Both the position numbers and the translations under genes were made by a program. The notes beneath the pieces were generated by a model, which worked only from the letters and a program-made list of their open reading frames with translations, was not told the DNA's origin and made no database searches. Shown here one piece after another: positions 13,705 through 28,000 of a stretch of 64,000 nucleotides of DNA (the stretch's first letter is position 1; each line of letters opens with the position of its first letter). This DNA is from Octopus bimaculoides. Taxonomy: Eukaryota. The DNA lies in assembly GCF_001194135.2 (NCBI RefSeq), contig NC_068997.1:27675893-27739892 (forward strand), given 5' to 3'.

Positions 13705-15586
13705 GCTTAGAGATAATACAAGAATTTCTGTTATTAAGTACATGGCTTTTTCCTTTTCTTATAGTTGGTAGAGTACCAGTAACATACTAGTACTTATTTA
13801 TCAATAACAAATTCATGAAAGGCAGCAAAATTGCCTCTCACAGGATTTAATTCTAAAAACTGAATGACTGAAGTTAAAATAGAGGGCATAATACTGCTAC
13901 ATCATATATATTCAGTCCCACTGGGCAAGTGTAGTTAATTTCACTTCTCAACTATGTAGTTTCAGGTTTACACCAACTGCATGGGCTTAAGTGAATTTGA
14001 TAGTGGAAAATGAAAGAAGCCCATTGTGTGTGTGTGTGTTCATGGGTTGAATAGGTCTATTTCAGAGTTTTGCATTTTATCACTTGCAGAACCTCGATCA
14101 TCTTAATATGTTTCACTAATTCTTCTCATGTCTTCGACAATTTAGATAACTTGGCATTTCTTTACTCAACTGTCATTTTCCATGCGCACTACATGTTTCT
14201 ACCAGCATCCTATTCTTTCTCTCATACCCAGTTATTCTCTTAGTGCTTGGTTGTTCATGCAGTGACATTATGCATCCTGTGAAGAATGCTTACATCCTTC
14301 TTTCCAACCTTTTCACATCATCTACATTCACAATCCTAAGTTTTGCTACTAAACACTTCATTCATACATCAGTAACATACACAACTCATCATTTGTAGAA
14401 GAGTGTGTGTGTGTGTGTGTTGAGCAGCAAAAGTAATAGGTTCTATGATCTTTTCCCACTGCCATACTCGGGCTGCTATGCTTTTAAAGTACACTGCTTC
14501 ATTGTTAGATACTAAATAAATGTTAATTTAAAATGGAAAATATTTTGATGAAATTTTTTTTTTATATGGATATTGTGACCGAAATGTTTGAAGACTTTAC
14601 GAAAAAAAAAAAAAATCAGCAGATTGTTCTACAAGATGTTTGCTAAGGATATAAATCTTAATAATTATAGACAAAAACATTCATTATTCTCTAAGTAACT
14701 ATTTATTGAAAAGAATATTTACAATAGTACAGAAGAATATACAATAGTTACAGAAGAGTATACAACCTAACATCAAACAAAAACACATATATTTATCAAA
14801 TTGTTTTAGTAATGTAAAATGTGCTAATCAATACCTTTAACAGCAGAACATTGGCTCAATTACAGAAATAAGATTCCTAACTGAATGTAATAAACAATTT
14901 AATCAGCCAGCTACATACAGCCTATAATTCTCAGATCATTAGTTCATACCACTCTTCAAATGCTAGCACAGTTAAAATTATGCATCATCTTAGAAGATCA
15001 TTCACAGTTGCTATTTGGTGATTGAAACAGAGCTATCTTATGCAGCATTATTTTACTCAATGCAGAGACAGAGTTTCAATCTAGAGACAGGTACTACCAC
15101 ACACATAAAAGCAGCCTTTCAGAAGCTATACATTTCCCATATTCCCAGTCTAACTGCTGTAATTACTTCAATAAATGCACTAAACTAAGAAGTGATTGTA
15201 GCAGCATTTCCTCATGTCTTTTATATGTAACATGTCACAATTTCTCATACACTGACAATTTACAGGGAATGGATGTTAATGGAATTAATTTCATTTCAAA
15301 TATTTCAGATTTCAAGCTTCATAGACATGTTTTCTCTCTTCATTTTTATTCATTATTAAGAAAAAAAAAATCAATTTAACACATGCACTCACGTGCAGAT
15401 TTCCCCTATTTCACTAGAATTCACAATAGCAAACATTTATGAAGTCAATATTCTCTATGATGAACTACATTACAAAAAGAAATGGGAATTCCAATAGAAC
15501 AAATGATAAAGTGAATAAAATTTGAAATAAATGCATAAGACAATTACTAGATATGTTACATATATTCTGCACATAAAGAGCAAAAT

Positions 15587-15618
<32 letters not shown>

Positions 15619-16997
15619 CACACACACATAGCTACTAGAAAATTAGATAAACTTTCCACTTAAGAGAGAAGAAGAGGGTCATTGTAAAATGTAAAATATC
15701 AAGTTTATAAATAAACACTTGATGTGCTGCAATCAAACACCCTGATAGATGATTATTACTTATGTGGCCAAGAGAAGCCTCAGATACTTTTTTTTTTTTT
15801 GGAAGGTGGGAATTGTAAGAGGAGAAGAAAATATAGGAAGTTGGAAACATTTATATATAAAAAAAAAAATACTGCATTAAAGCACATGTATAATTGAACA
15901 AATGATAATTATGCACCATGCCATTCAGTTTGGTGTGGTATGCAATAGCAAATTCAATAACTGGAGAGAGGGGGGAGTGGGAGATGGGAGGGAGTGAGAG
16001 GGAGGAAGGGGAGGAGTTCAATTATTTTCTTTTCTAATAGAAATGTAAAGGATTAGATTTTGAGAGTGGGAAGAGGAGTCAATGAAATACTTTTCCATTT
16101 TTATCCCCCTATCTTGGTCAGTCTTAATCAAGTAGAATATGATTAAAGCATTCTAACCTAGTTTGGCCTATCCACTCATTTTCACACACTTTTTCTAAGA
16201 CCACATTGTCTGTTGTATACTGCCAATAAAATGCTAGCTACTATTTCTCGCAGATCGTTCCAATACAGAAGCTCCAGAGTAAACCAAACTAGCATAGTGT
16301 CTATGACCTTGCACTTCTGAAAACATTTAATCCAGTGACAGTGGTGGATAGAGGCCTCTTAAGAATGCCCTGAGAAGGAAAAACTCACCAAATGTTGATC
16401 AGTGATATCTGATAAAGAAGGTCAAGAGCTGCTAATGTTGGATTGATGATAATGTCAAAGAAAGAGGTTGAGGGTAGCAACATAGAGACAAGCTCACATT
16501 TCCATCTTTTACGGCTACTACAACTACCATTACCAAATAATATTTAACTTGACATAATTCAATTAGTCTTAGGTGTCCTGCTTGTTACCAACAGAGAACA
16601 ATTATTCCCCATTTTCATTGAAGTAGCTTGAGGATTTCCCAACTACCCTTCTTTAAAGTATTTTGTTGGAGTTTTATTTTTTTTATGGTATCTACATTCT
16701 GGGCTCAAATTTTCCTATGGTCAACTTTGCTAATTATCCTATCAGGTAAATAAAATAAGTGCATCCTTACATAAAATTGTGGTTTTGTACTGGTGTTAGA
16801 AATTATTATTACTATTATCATTAAAGCGGCATTTCTTCTGGCTCATTACACTCTGAGTTCATATTTCGCTGGAATAATCTTTCCCTCTCATCCCTCCAGG
16901 GTAAAAAAATACAAGTACCAATCAAATATTGGGGTCAATGTAATCCACTTAACCCTATGCTAACCTTGTGCCAAAATAATGAATTATTAATATTATT

Positions 16998-17430
16998 AGA
17001 GCTGGCAGAATCATTAGCACATTTTTAATTCTTTATTGCCCACAAGGGGCTAAACATAGAGGGGACAAACAAGGACAGACAAAGGGACTAAGTCGATTAC
17101 ATCGACTCCAGTGCATAACTGGTACTTATTAAATCGACCCCAAAAGGATGAAAGGTAAAGTCAACCTTGGCAGAATTTGAACTCAGAACATAGTGGCAGA
17201 CGAAATACCGCTAAGCATTTCGCCTGGCGTGCTAACGATTCTGCCAGCTTGCCGCCTTCGTTAGCACATTGTTCAGTTCTTTATGTTTGGAGTTCAAATT
17301 CTGTCAAGGTCAACGTTGCTTCTAGCTTTCAGGGGTTGATAAAATAAAGTACCAGTCATGTACTGGAGTCAATGGTATTGACTGTTCCCCCTCTCCTCAA
17401 AACTACAGGCTTTGTGCCTCAATCAAAAAT
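16998..17430. mobile_element. Family B SINE (+) interrupted by an antisense family B copy (17024-17260)
   Basis: Host head 16998-17023, host resumes at 17261; TSD TTAGCACATT at 17014-17023 and 17261-17270. Confidence 0.8.
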
Positions 17431-18665
17431 CATTATTATGTTCTGATTTCAGATAGAGTTAGGATCAGCTTGGCTTGCTTTCTTCAATAANNNNNNNNNN
17501 NNNNNNNNNNNNNNNNNNNNNNNNNNNNNNNNNNNNNNNNNNNNNNNNNNNNNNNNNNNNNNNNNNNNNNNNNNNNNNNNNNNNNNNNNNNNNNNNNNNN
17601 NNNNNNNNNNNNNNNNNNNNNNNNNNNNNNNNNNNNNNNNNNNNNNNNNNNNNNNNNNNNNNNNNNNNNNNNNNNNNNNNNNNNNNNNNNNNNNNNNNNN
17701 NNNNNNNNNNNNNNNNNNNNNNNNNNNNNNNNNNNNNNNNNNNNNNNNNNNNNNNNNNNNNNNNNNNNNNNNNNNNNNNNNNNNGAGAGAGAGAGAGAGA
17801 GAGGGGGGCAGACAGAGACAGAAGGTACATAATTAAATTCTTACTATAGTTTAATGCATCTTTCCAATTAACAGTGCTTCATTAAGATACCTGTGTGAAA
17901 GTATTGTGTAGATTTAATTACATAGCTACACATAACAGACTCCATATTCTTTGCTATAGTAAGAATTGAACATTTAAATGTTTATGTATTCATGCACATA
18001 ACTACAACACACATATATAGAGTTTGACTACATTATCTAAAGCGTCCTTTTGTCTGTTTAAGACATGTGATGTCATAAATATTTGACTGCTGCTATTTCT
18101 ACCTGGACCAACAAACAAGATGCTGTTATTGATGCCAATGTTGTTACTGTTGCTCAATCGAAAGCTAGCCTAACTCCAGCTGACCTATGATCACAAATGT
18201 TTCAGCAGTGACCATTCTGGTTTTATTTCAGACCTACAGTATCTAGAACTACATTATTCAATGTCTCCATTCTGTTTAACAGCCCAGTGGAATTTCAGAA
18301 AGATCTGGAGGACATTTCTAGAAGGTCAAATGACCCCACAGACGTTCCCTTTATAGTTATTGTAAGCGAGGACAATTCCGTCAAACATGTACATTTTGCA
18401 GGAACTTAATTCAGCATACGTAACAAAGACAGTCAACCACTATGTGGTAGTTTAACCTGCTAGAAACAATAGTTAATCATTCTCAAAATCATACTATACA
18501 ATATTAAAAAAAAAAAACCAATACATTGTTGAACAGTCTCTGATACACAAAAATGTAGGGTGGTCATGGTTGAAGTACCTTTGCCAGCCAAACAGACGTC
18601 AGACAGATGCATGCAGCTAAACAGACCTCAGACAGGTGCAACCAACTAAACAGACATCAGATAGA

Positions 18666-19560
18666 TCATCACCACCACCCTCATCATTTAATGTCTGTTT
18701 TCCATGCTGGCGTGGGTTGGACAGCTTAACAGGAGCTGAACCAACTCCAATTATTTGTCATAATATTTCTACAGCTGGATGCCCCTCCTAATACCAACTA
18801 CTTTACAGAATGTGCTGGGTGCTTTTTACACGATACCATCAGGGGTGTGCTTATGCAGCACTGACACAGGTGTGTTAATGCAACACCGACACAGCTGCTT
18901 TTTAAGAGGAACCAGCACCTGAAAGGACCAGCCTGTATGTGTGGAAGACAATGATTTTGCTTAGCATGACACGACTTATCAAGTACAGCAAATCGCTACA
19001 TCTCCCAGTCCCTTGTCATTTCCTCAGTGAGGCTGAAGATCCTTTCTCACGACTTCGTCCCACATCTTCCTGGGTCTACCCCTTCCACAATTAGAGACCG
19101 ACACTTCTTTATACAGCTGTCCTCATCCATACACATCACATGACCAAACCAGCGCAGTTTTCTCTCTTGAACACCTGATGCCTCTTATATCCAATTTTCC
19201 TCTTAAATCATTTACACTCTGTGGTGCATGTACAGTGACATTACCCATCCAGCAGGGCAATGCCAGCTTCATTTTTTTGAGCTTTTGCAAGTCCTCTGTA
19301 ATTAAAGTCCATGTTACACAGCCATGTAACATAGCTGTACATACATAGGCATCATACAATCTGCCTTTCACTCTGAGGAAGAGGCCCTTAATTACCAACA
19401 AAGGTAGAAGCTCTCTGAACTTTGCCCAGCCCGTTCTTATTCTAGCAACTCTACTTTCAGAACTTCCTCCTCTGCTGCTAACTTGGTCGCCTAGGTAACA
19501 AGCTATCTACCACTTCTAATGATCCCCTCAAGTATTTGAGGGAGTCTACTGCCTATGCAT
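18666..19560 (-). mobile_element. 5'-truncated RTE-clade LINE (C-terminal ORF remnant, 3' UTR and (GAT)n-type tail)
   Basis: ORF 19123-19401 (GLFLRVKGRLYDAYVCTAMLHGCVTW) is typical RTE post-RT sequence and is followed by the shared 3' module. Confidence 0.8.
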
Positions 19561-20860
19561 TTTTAGTGCTTATTGTACCTGCACATTTGTCACACACAAA
19601 GATTATATATAGAAAAATAAACCAGATGGCTATGATTCAAATGCATTTGATGACAGGTCCACTTGTTCAAGGGCTGACCTACGACTAAACACCATGTCAT
19701 TTTAGTGTAAATGAATATATTACAATGTGTTTAAGTGAAACATGCTACAGTTTATTTTTTTATACATTCTGTAAACATGTACCTATGTAGTCATTAGAAA
19801 GTGTATTTATGATATGCACACACAAACACATATACGTGTGGATGTATGATTGTAAACATGTATGTATGCATATATATGGAATATGTGCATGCATGTCTAT
19901 ATGCATGTATACTGTGTGTATATATGTATGCATATACATGCATGTATGCATATTCCTTACAGACAAATACCACTTTGTCAATCAAATAGAAAAAAGACCA
20001 TATGCACACAGCTGATCCCTTTTCATCATTGGTCTGTTTAATTGAGTTAGAAAGGAACAAAGCAGAAACAAATCTTCACTTATATGTATACAAGTGTGCG
20101 TATATGTGGGTGAAGTTTTGTTTATGCTGCTTTAAAGATAAAGTATCTGACAAACCATGGAAAGAACTCGACATTGATAAACAGTGTGGATAATTTAACA
20201 AATGTATTGAAAATTAATTGCTACATATGGACAGATGTTTCACTCCCCACCAGAAAAGACTCTCGATCATTAAACAGGTACAACTGTTCTCATACATAAT
20301 TAACTGAATCCAAAACTGAAGGGAAACCGTCAGACCATGATATTAAGAAGGCAGAGGGTTCTTAAGTGTGAGGAACAGTATACATAACAACAGACAATCT
20401 TATGTTTGTAACAAAACTATAAAGTGTAAGATAAAAGTCTTAAAGTTTGGCAAAGGATTGTAATGTCATTTTTATAAGAAAGATTTCAATGATTGCTTAT
20501 TTTTAAAACTGCATTATGGGGTAAGTATGAAGGGCTAGATATGATCAGTTTGAACATATAAAACTAGTAGAATATTTGGGGTGGATATGGCTGGTTAAAA
20601 TGCTAAAAGGTTGAATAAAATAGTAGGAATTCCATCAATATACATAATGGTGAACCCATCTCTCTAGGTCTGACCATAGCTGATTTCTCCCAGAAAGAAA
20701 AAACAGGAGAAAGAGAAGAATCAACTTTAGTATTTGACCAGTACTTCGAAAGGGGTAACCTCAGTGAAATTTGAATGTGGAGTACAGAGAAATGGAATGA
20801 ATGATTATCACAAAGCAATTTATCTAAAGCCCCAACCAATTGGCCACCTATTCTACTTAC

Positions 20861-20880
20861 ATGTTTCAACATAATTAAAA
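20861..20880 (-). other. Candidate 20-nt micro-exon of the minus-strand gene
   Basis: Minus strand reads atttcttttaacag|TTTTAATTATGTTGAAACAT|gtaagtag, with strong acceptor and donor. No transcript evidence. Confidence 0.3.
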
Positions 20881-23859
20881 CTGTTAAAAGAAATGATATG
20901 AATGATCTACAAGATGGAATTTATAATATAAAAAGAGAATAGTTAATAATTATGAAGGCTGTTATTTATAGTTTTATAACATAATTATATTCTAGCAATG
21001 ACTTTCTTTTACACCTGTTTTTTCTGATTTCACATACCCATCATAAGCGGCAGCACCTACACTATCATTTCTATCCAAGCTATTCATTATTGAAGTTTAT
21101 TCATGCTTTATGGTAAAATCATTCCATATTAAACTTTATATTTTAATTTCATGTGTATGAATCTTTTGATGATATTCAATATGTATACACGAAGATTCAT
21201 TTTTTTCTTCTTTACTTTAATGTAATGAATTTGTCAAATGAGATAAAGTTAACAAAAATTTATCAATGTGAGTATACTAAAGAGGTGAACTATCTCCGTG
21301 TTTTATAGATTCTGAGGTAACATGTTGAGATTGTTTATTGACAGATATTACTCGCAAATAGAATCACAGATTTTGGCTGATGATACTGTGTTCATGGTGT
21401 ATGAGTAATCTTGTTTTTTCGATTCCCATATGAATGAAGATAGAGAAGTGTCTAATGGTTAGAAAGGTCTGTATTTACTATAGAGAACTTTAAAAGAGTT
21501 TGATGTAAGTCCTATTTTAGATGTGTTATGTTTGAATTTCTTGTTTATATATTATCTACTTCACTACAGTTTTGACTTTGGTGGGAAGTTTTGTCTGGCT
21601 AGGGCAATTCCAGTTTTGGTTGATGTTGCTCAACATTGGTTTCTTTTGTGGAGGTTGGGAGAAGTGAAGTTGGAAGTAATTCAGTGGGCAAGTTTAATAT
21701 TATTTTCATTAGATAATTTATTGTATCTATGGAAAGGGTGGGAATAGTTATCAATTTGAAACATATGTTCTGCTGTAGTTCTATGTGCAATGTTGAAAGG
21801 GGACTATACCAAATGATGTTCCGTTTTGTTTTGCTGCTTTGAGTATTTCTCTTATTTACATATGTTAATTTTCCTTGTACCCAATTTTAGCCAATACATC
21901 ATTGCATTAAGAATATCAACTTATTGGCAGAAAATTTTTAGTCTCACTCTTTGTGACTTTTTATCTGTGAAACCTCATTAATGCAGAAGAACTCTAATAG
22001 CTTGTTGAACATAATCAACTTCTTAGTGAAGCCAAAGTGAACCAGTTTCAACTAAGTGAATATTTTTAGCTACTTTTATCATTATTCTTCCTGCCCTTAA
22101 CTGGTATGAATTGTATAAATCTCTTCTCTACTGAACACCAGCGAAAGCATGACTATTCGCATAAATATTGCTCATCTATCAGCTCCAGCCATTAATTTTG
22201 ACAAGTGTGATCTCCCACATCTTCAACATATACAATGCAAAGTAATCATGTCTCTCCTCTCCATCAAGAAATCTGTTCCTGCTCATTCTTTGGTATTTTA
22301 ACCTCCAATCTCCTAGCATAAAGTCACCTCCCTCTCTACTGTAGCTTCACTCAGTTGGGATTTTAATCTTGTGAGTTACACGGTAACCTCACTAGTGCTG
22401 GGACCACAAAAAAAAAATGCACCCAGTACACTCTCTAAAGTGGTTGGCATTAGGGAAAGCATCCCACCGAAGTAACAATGCCAAAACAGACATTGGAAAA
22501 CAATGTAGTTCTCTAACCTGTCAAACTATCCAACTCAGTGTGGAAGATGTTAAAAACATGATGATGACTGCTGTCTCATTTAACAACAGCTCAAAATAAT
22601 TTTCAAGCCTTTCTTAAGTGTTAGCTACAGCACTTTTGTTATTCTGTATAAACATTATAAGTACCAGGAAAGATAACGTCTTCTGGGCAGTTTCCTCATA
22701 TTTAATACATTGCCATGTTTCCTGTATCATCATCGTTTTAATGTCTGCTTCTCCATGATTGCATGGACTAGATGGAATTTGCTGGAGTGTATTTTTTGAT
22801 GGACAACAAACTTTGTTTCCAAGTAAGATGATAATTCCCCATGACAAGATATATTTCCAAATAAGGCTGGAAACTGACACTGCTTATACAACAGTGTCAC
22901 TCATTTACAGCTGTCATACAACATCAAGACAAGGAGGCACATCCACAACACAGGAGTTTCTTTCAGTTTCCATTTACCAAATCCACTGACAAGGTTTTGG
23001 TTGACCCAGAGCTAGAGAAGAAGACACTAGCCCAAGCCTAAGGTATCATGCAGTGAGACTAAACCAAAAACCATATGGCTGGAAAGCAAACATTTTAACC
23101 ATACAGGTTGTTCTTTCTAACTTTTAAAGAAAAACCAAGAATTATATCATTTGAAAAAATGCTGAAATAGCTTTCAAACAAACATGTAAAAACTTTTAAT
23201 CATTTCTTACAAAAACAAAGTCCAAAAGCTGAAATATCAAAGTAATTTGATTTGTTCCTAACTATAACATTTCATGTTTTTTTTTGTTTTTCTTTTCAAA
23301 ATTAAAATTACTGTAATATTGTCATGAGAGTGAAATTGATATTGGCAGGGGGAAGTAGTGAAAAAAGAAGTGAAATTAAGTTTAAATATGAAGACAGGAT
23401 GCATAATCATCATCGTTTAACATCCGATTTCCATGCTAGCATGGGTTGGACAATTTGACTAAGGGCTGGCGAACCAGATGGCTGCACCAGGCTCCAATCT
23501 GATCTGGCAGAGTTTCTACAGCTGGATGCCCTTCAGATTGTATGTTGCCTACATGCATGGCACTGAACATAGGATGTGCAAGTATCAGAGCGAAATAAAG
23601 TATGCTTTGCTGGATTATAGTGCTAGTATGAATAAGTGTGGTAACAGATGAGCTGAGAGATAAACAGTAGGGATTAGTTACAGTATACGAGACTACATTA
23701 CTATGGATAGGTGATATGTATGGATGATATAGGACTAACACTCAAGATGCTAGAGGAGTTGCATATGGTAATGGGGTGGCTAGATGCAAACACCTGGTCA
23801 TGAGTGAGAACCCCCTTAACTGTTATCAAACAATCACACATTTCCTTTCAGGTGCACAA

Positions 23860-25560
23860 ACACAAGTTATCCTTTAATCAGGTAAAAAAAAAAAACTTCA
23901 AGGCTGCAACTATCAATGCTGGCACAATGAGGTAAATATGATGAGATTATGGAGATGTTACATGCAAGAGGTGGGATGGAGGTGAACCTCACCCAGACTT
24001 TCCACAGACAAAGAACATTGGTTCAAATTCTTCTGGGTAGGTAACAATGCTAGTTTAGGTGTAGAAGGCATACTGGTGACTGAAAACGGATAATGTAACT
24101 GAAGTAATTAGAATGTGTAATTAAGCTTAGACTAGTAGGCAAATTAATAGCAACTGTTATCTCTGCTTACATATCACAATCAAGACTGGTTGACATGGTA
24201 AAAGGACTCCTGTTATGATGTACTTTTGTGAGCCACTTTGATAACAAATAACAACTACATCATTATTTTGGCTGGTGTCTTTACTGAACATATTGGATAC
24301 ATCGAATGGCTCTCTCAGAGTACATAATGGCTATAGACATGGTTCCATGAGGAAGGATCAAGGCTTCTAGAGTTTTGTAATGCATATGAACTATCCATAG
24401 GAAACAAGGATTTCAAGAAATTAACTAACCACTTGATTACTTTCCAACCAGGCAAATATGCAAGCCAAAGAGTAGGTGTTCATTAAGGCACAGCTCTCAA
24501 TCCCTTCCTATTTATACTTCTCCAAGTTTTAACAGATGAAATGGGGACTCTTTCATACTGATGACCTAGTCTTTGCAGCAGAGTCTGTGAAAGACTTAGA
24601 GAATTCTAGACATGGAAGCAAAATCTGGCATTCAAAAGCCTCATAGTAAACTTGGTGAAGACCATGTAGAAATGACTCTTCTTTCATTAGGGAAATGGTC
24701 AAGCATGATAGTAGGGACCTCCATGTATTGTACACAATATGAACTATGTACAGAGTAGTGAGATTATAAACAAGCAGATGGTGAATAAAAATTTTGTAAG
24801 ATGTAGATATACAAAATAGTTAGCAGTCAGAGCAGCAGTAAAATAAATTCTTTTCAGTGCTTAAAAGGATCTGTAGGAGTAATGATAACGTTTATTACCT
24901 GGACAACCTAATCAACAACAATTACCATAATAAAGACAGGACAGAATAAGTTCAGAGAGTTATTACTTCGGTAAGCAACAAATAAATTCTTTTTCAAGCG
25001 AAGGGTAGATTGTATGTTATGTGTGTACAAAGTGCAATGCTGCATGGTAGCAAGACATGGGCACTGAACACAGAGGATGTGTAAAGATGGGAAAGAAACA
25101 AAATATGCACGATATGCTGCATATATAATGTTAATACGCATGAATGACTTGGTACAAATGAGCTAACAGATAAACTAAGTATAAAGGAATCAATTTTAAT
25201 GTGCAAAAATGAAGATAGCATTACTTCAGATGTGATGCATATAGAAGAGGAAGACCAAAGAGGACATAGACAAAAGTGGTTAAAAGCTGATTCGAGGAAA
25301 TGACAAAGAAATATAACAGAAGCAAGATGCTGTGCTGGAAAGAACCTGTCCAACCTATAGGAAAGCAGATGTAAATGTATGAGAGAGGAGACTGCATTGG
25401 TATGGGCATGTATTGTGGATGGAAGATGACAGCTGCATAAGCAAATGTCAAGTGCTCAAAGTGAATGGTATCAGAGGGAGACCAAAAACAGTATGGGATG
25501 AAGTGGTGAAAAATGATCTCAAGATGTTACATCTGATGAAGGAGATTATTAAAGACTATG
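23860..25560 (+). mobile_element. Degenerate RTE-clade LINE (AP-endonuclease, RT and C-terminal fragments; frameshifted, internally deleted)
   Basis: Translated pieces include FKAATINAGTMR, FKFFWVGNNASLGVEGILV, RLLEFCNAYEL, ALNPFLFILL, (H)TDDLVFAAESVKDL and ERRLHWYGHVLWMEDDSCISKC...RGRPKTVWDEVVKNDLK. Confidence 0.75.
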
Positions 25561-27029
25561 TTAACTGGTGATATGTGGTACTGCAGAAAACAATTTCCAG
25601 TGCACCCTTCCCTTTGCCTATGGAGTATCCTCTCTGCACACATCATTGTACATATACATTTCAAACCTTCTCGTACCCTCTCATCTCTTGTACCATGACA
25701 CTCATAAACTGAAAGGGAAGTGCTTGATTTGTACATATTGAATATTTCCCTTTTGCTACTCCTCTTTCCACCCAAATCCCAAGTCATGACGCATAAATCA
25801 GGAGTAATTACAGGCTAGCAGCCTTTACCAGCTCTTCTTGACTTTCCTGTCACCATGCTCTTTTAGACATGTTACCATGACAATATACTCTGGTCTCATC
25901 ATCATTTATCTTCTGCACCATTCCTTCCATCCATAAATAATGTGAAGTAGCACTGCATCTCCTACTCCACCCCATCTTTTGCCCTTATCACTCAAATTCT
26001 CTCTCACTAATTCCTTCACACTACCTCTCCCTCTCATTACCCACCTATGTATAACAATAGGTAGCGCTACACTCACTTCTACTCAACTTCTTCATGCTAC
26101 CTTTTACTATTAACACATTCCCTAGTAGCAGCCCTACCTTTTCCCAACAATAAACTTGTGTAACTCTAATAAGAACTGTCTTGAATCCTAACCAACTGTC
26201 CAATACATGCTGGCATGGCAGACGGACTGACCCATCCCATCACTGGGTCCACCTGCTCAACCAACTCCAGCATCATTATCATACTGTCCTCTTACCCTTC
26301 TCCTTCCATATAACTCTGACTTTACTTTTCCCTTTTTTCTGTTACCATCCTCTCACAATAAACCTGTTCCTTTCCTTCACATGATGATCTCTTTTGCTTT
26401 GCAAGCTACAAGGCAACACTAACAGTGCTGGTGTCATAAAAAGCACCTAGTACATTGAATGTTTAATAACTGATCTGAACAACAAGAAAGGAGGATTTCA
26501 CAAGGTCCTTTAGTCTTGTTGATGGCAAGGCACCCTCTAGAGTGCTGGTGCTACAAAAAAGTGCATCCAGTACACTATGTAAAGTGGCTGGTGACAGGAA
26601 GGTGACATTATAGAGGAAGGCATGGTCCTCCAACTTTTTGAATCCTATTGAACAATCCTATCCATGACAGCAAGGAAAGCAGATATAAAAAGATGATCTC
26701 TCTCTCACACACGGCTAAGTGTGCATTGTAATTACATGCCACATGGTTTGGGGTCCAGTTGAAAGAGATGCCATTAGGAATAAAGAATGTATGCCAAAGG
26801 AAGTGGTTGCAAAGAGTGGAGAGATATCTGGTGAAACAAAAAAGTATGATGAAATAAGTAATTCCTCTTTCAATTACAGGATACTGCAGTAGTTAGAAGA
26901 GTGATGGAGGGATCAGTGATGACAGAGAATTGAGAGAGTGGTGGGGACAGCATGATAGAAGTAAACTGGGTAAAAGGTCTGGTTGTGTGCATACACATTA
27001 CGCTTTCAGAACCTTAGTCTCACCATGGT

Positions 27030-27500
27030 GGATGGATGTTCTCAAGCACTGCTTATTGCCAATCATCATGGTCCTTTGTCATCTCTCCTCGGAAGCCATC
27101 AGTACTTCACCCATATCTTCCGAAGTTTCCCTCTTTCACAAGCTCCATCCACATTAAAACACTTGTACAGCTGTCTCTATCTATACACACATGTCCATAC
27201 CAGTGCTGTCATTTCCCTTGCACGCCATATCTGATTCCTCTTGTGCTCCGTTTTTCTTTCACCATATATTGTTACTTCATTGTTCATACACACTGATGTT
27301 ACACCTTCAGTAGAGAATACCAAATCAATTATCTTTCTTGTCTTCACAACCCCTCTGCATTCAGGGCTCATGTCTCATTACCATGTAGTTATGCAGTTCA
27401 TACATAAGCATCATACAATCTACCTTTCACTCGAGAGAAAAACTTTTTTTTTTAACAAAGGTAATAGCCCTCTGAACTTTTCCCAGATGTCTTGGATATT
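27030..27500 (-). mobile_element. Degenerate RTE LINE C-terminal fragment
   Basis: Homologous to 19000-19440 (catcatacaatctacctttcactc; gtccataccagtgc encodes ALVWT, the decayed RLRWYGH motif). Confidence 0.65.
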
Positions 27501-27709
27501 TCAGATTTAGCATGGCTTCTATGGACGGATGTCCTGCCTAACACCAACCACTTCTTAGAGTGTATTGGGCACACTTATCGTGGCCCCAACATCTATGAGG
27601 TCACCTTGTAACTAGAAGGATTATAAAGAGCCGCCACGACTGCGAGCAAGAAGAGGAATGAAGGTGAGAAGTTAATGTATGATGGAAGGAGGGTGGTAGC
27701 AATAGCAGA

Positions 27710-27712
27710 GAG

Positions 27713-27756
<44 letters not shown>

Positions 27757-27966
27757 GGGGAAAGGAATAATTAAAGGGAGAGAAAAGGAAAGTGGTGAGA
27801 AGGAGTCAGAGAGTATTAGATTGTAGAGTGGGTTGAGTAGGAGAGAGATGTGCGTACGTGAATATACACACACATACAGAAATAATATATGTATATATAC
27901 TGCATATAATATATACCAGACATATATACGTATATATGTATAAAGCGAGAGAAGCATACACACACA

Positions 27967-28000
<34 letters not shown>

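Noticed and set aside
20625-20774. Plus-strand open stretch (RNSINIHNGEPISLGLTIADFSQKEK...)
   Set aside because: No start or convincing acceptor, no recognisable homology, and a length compatible with chance.
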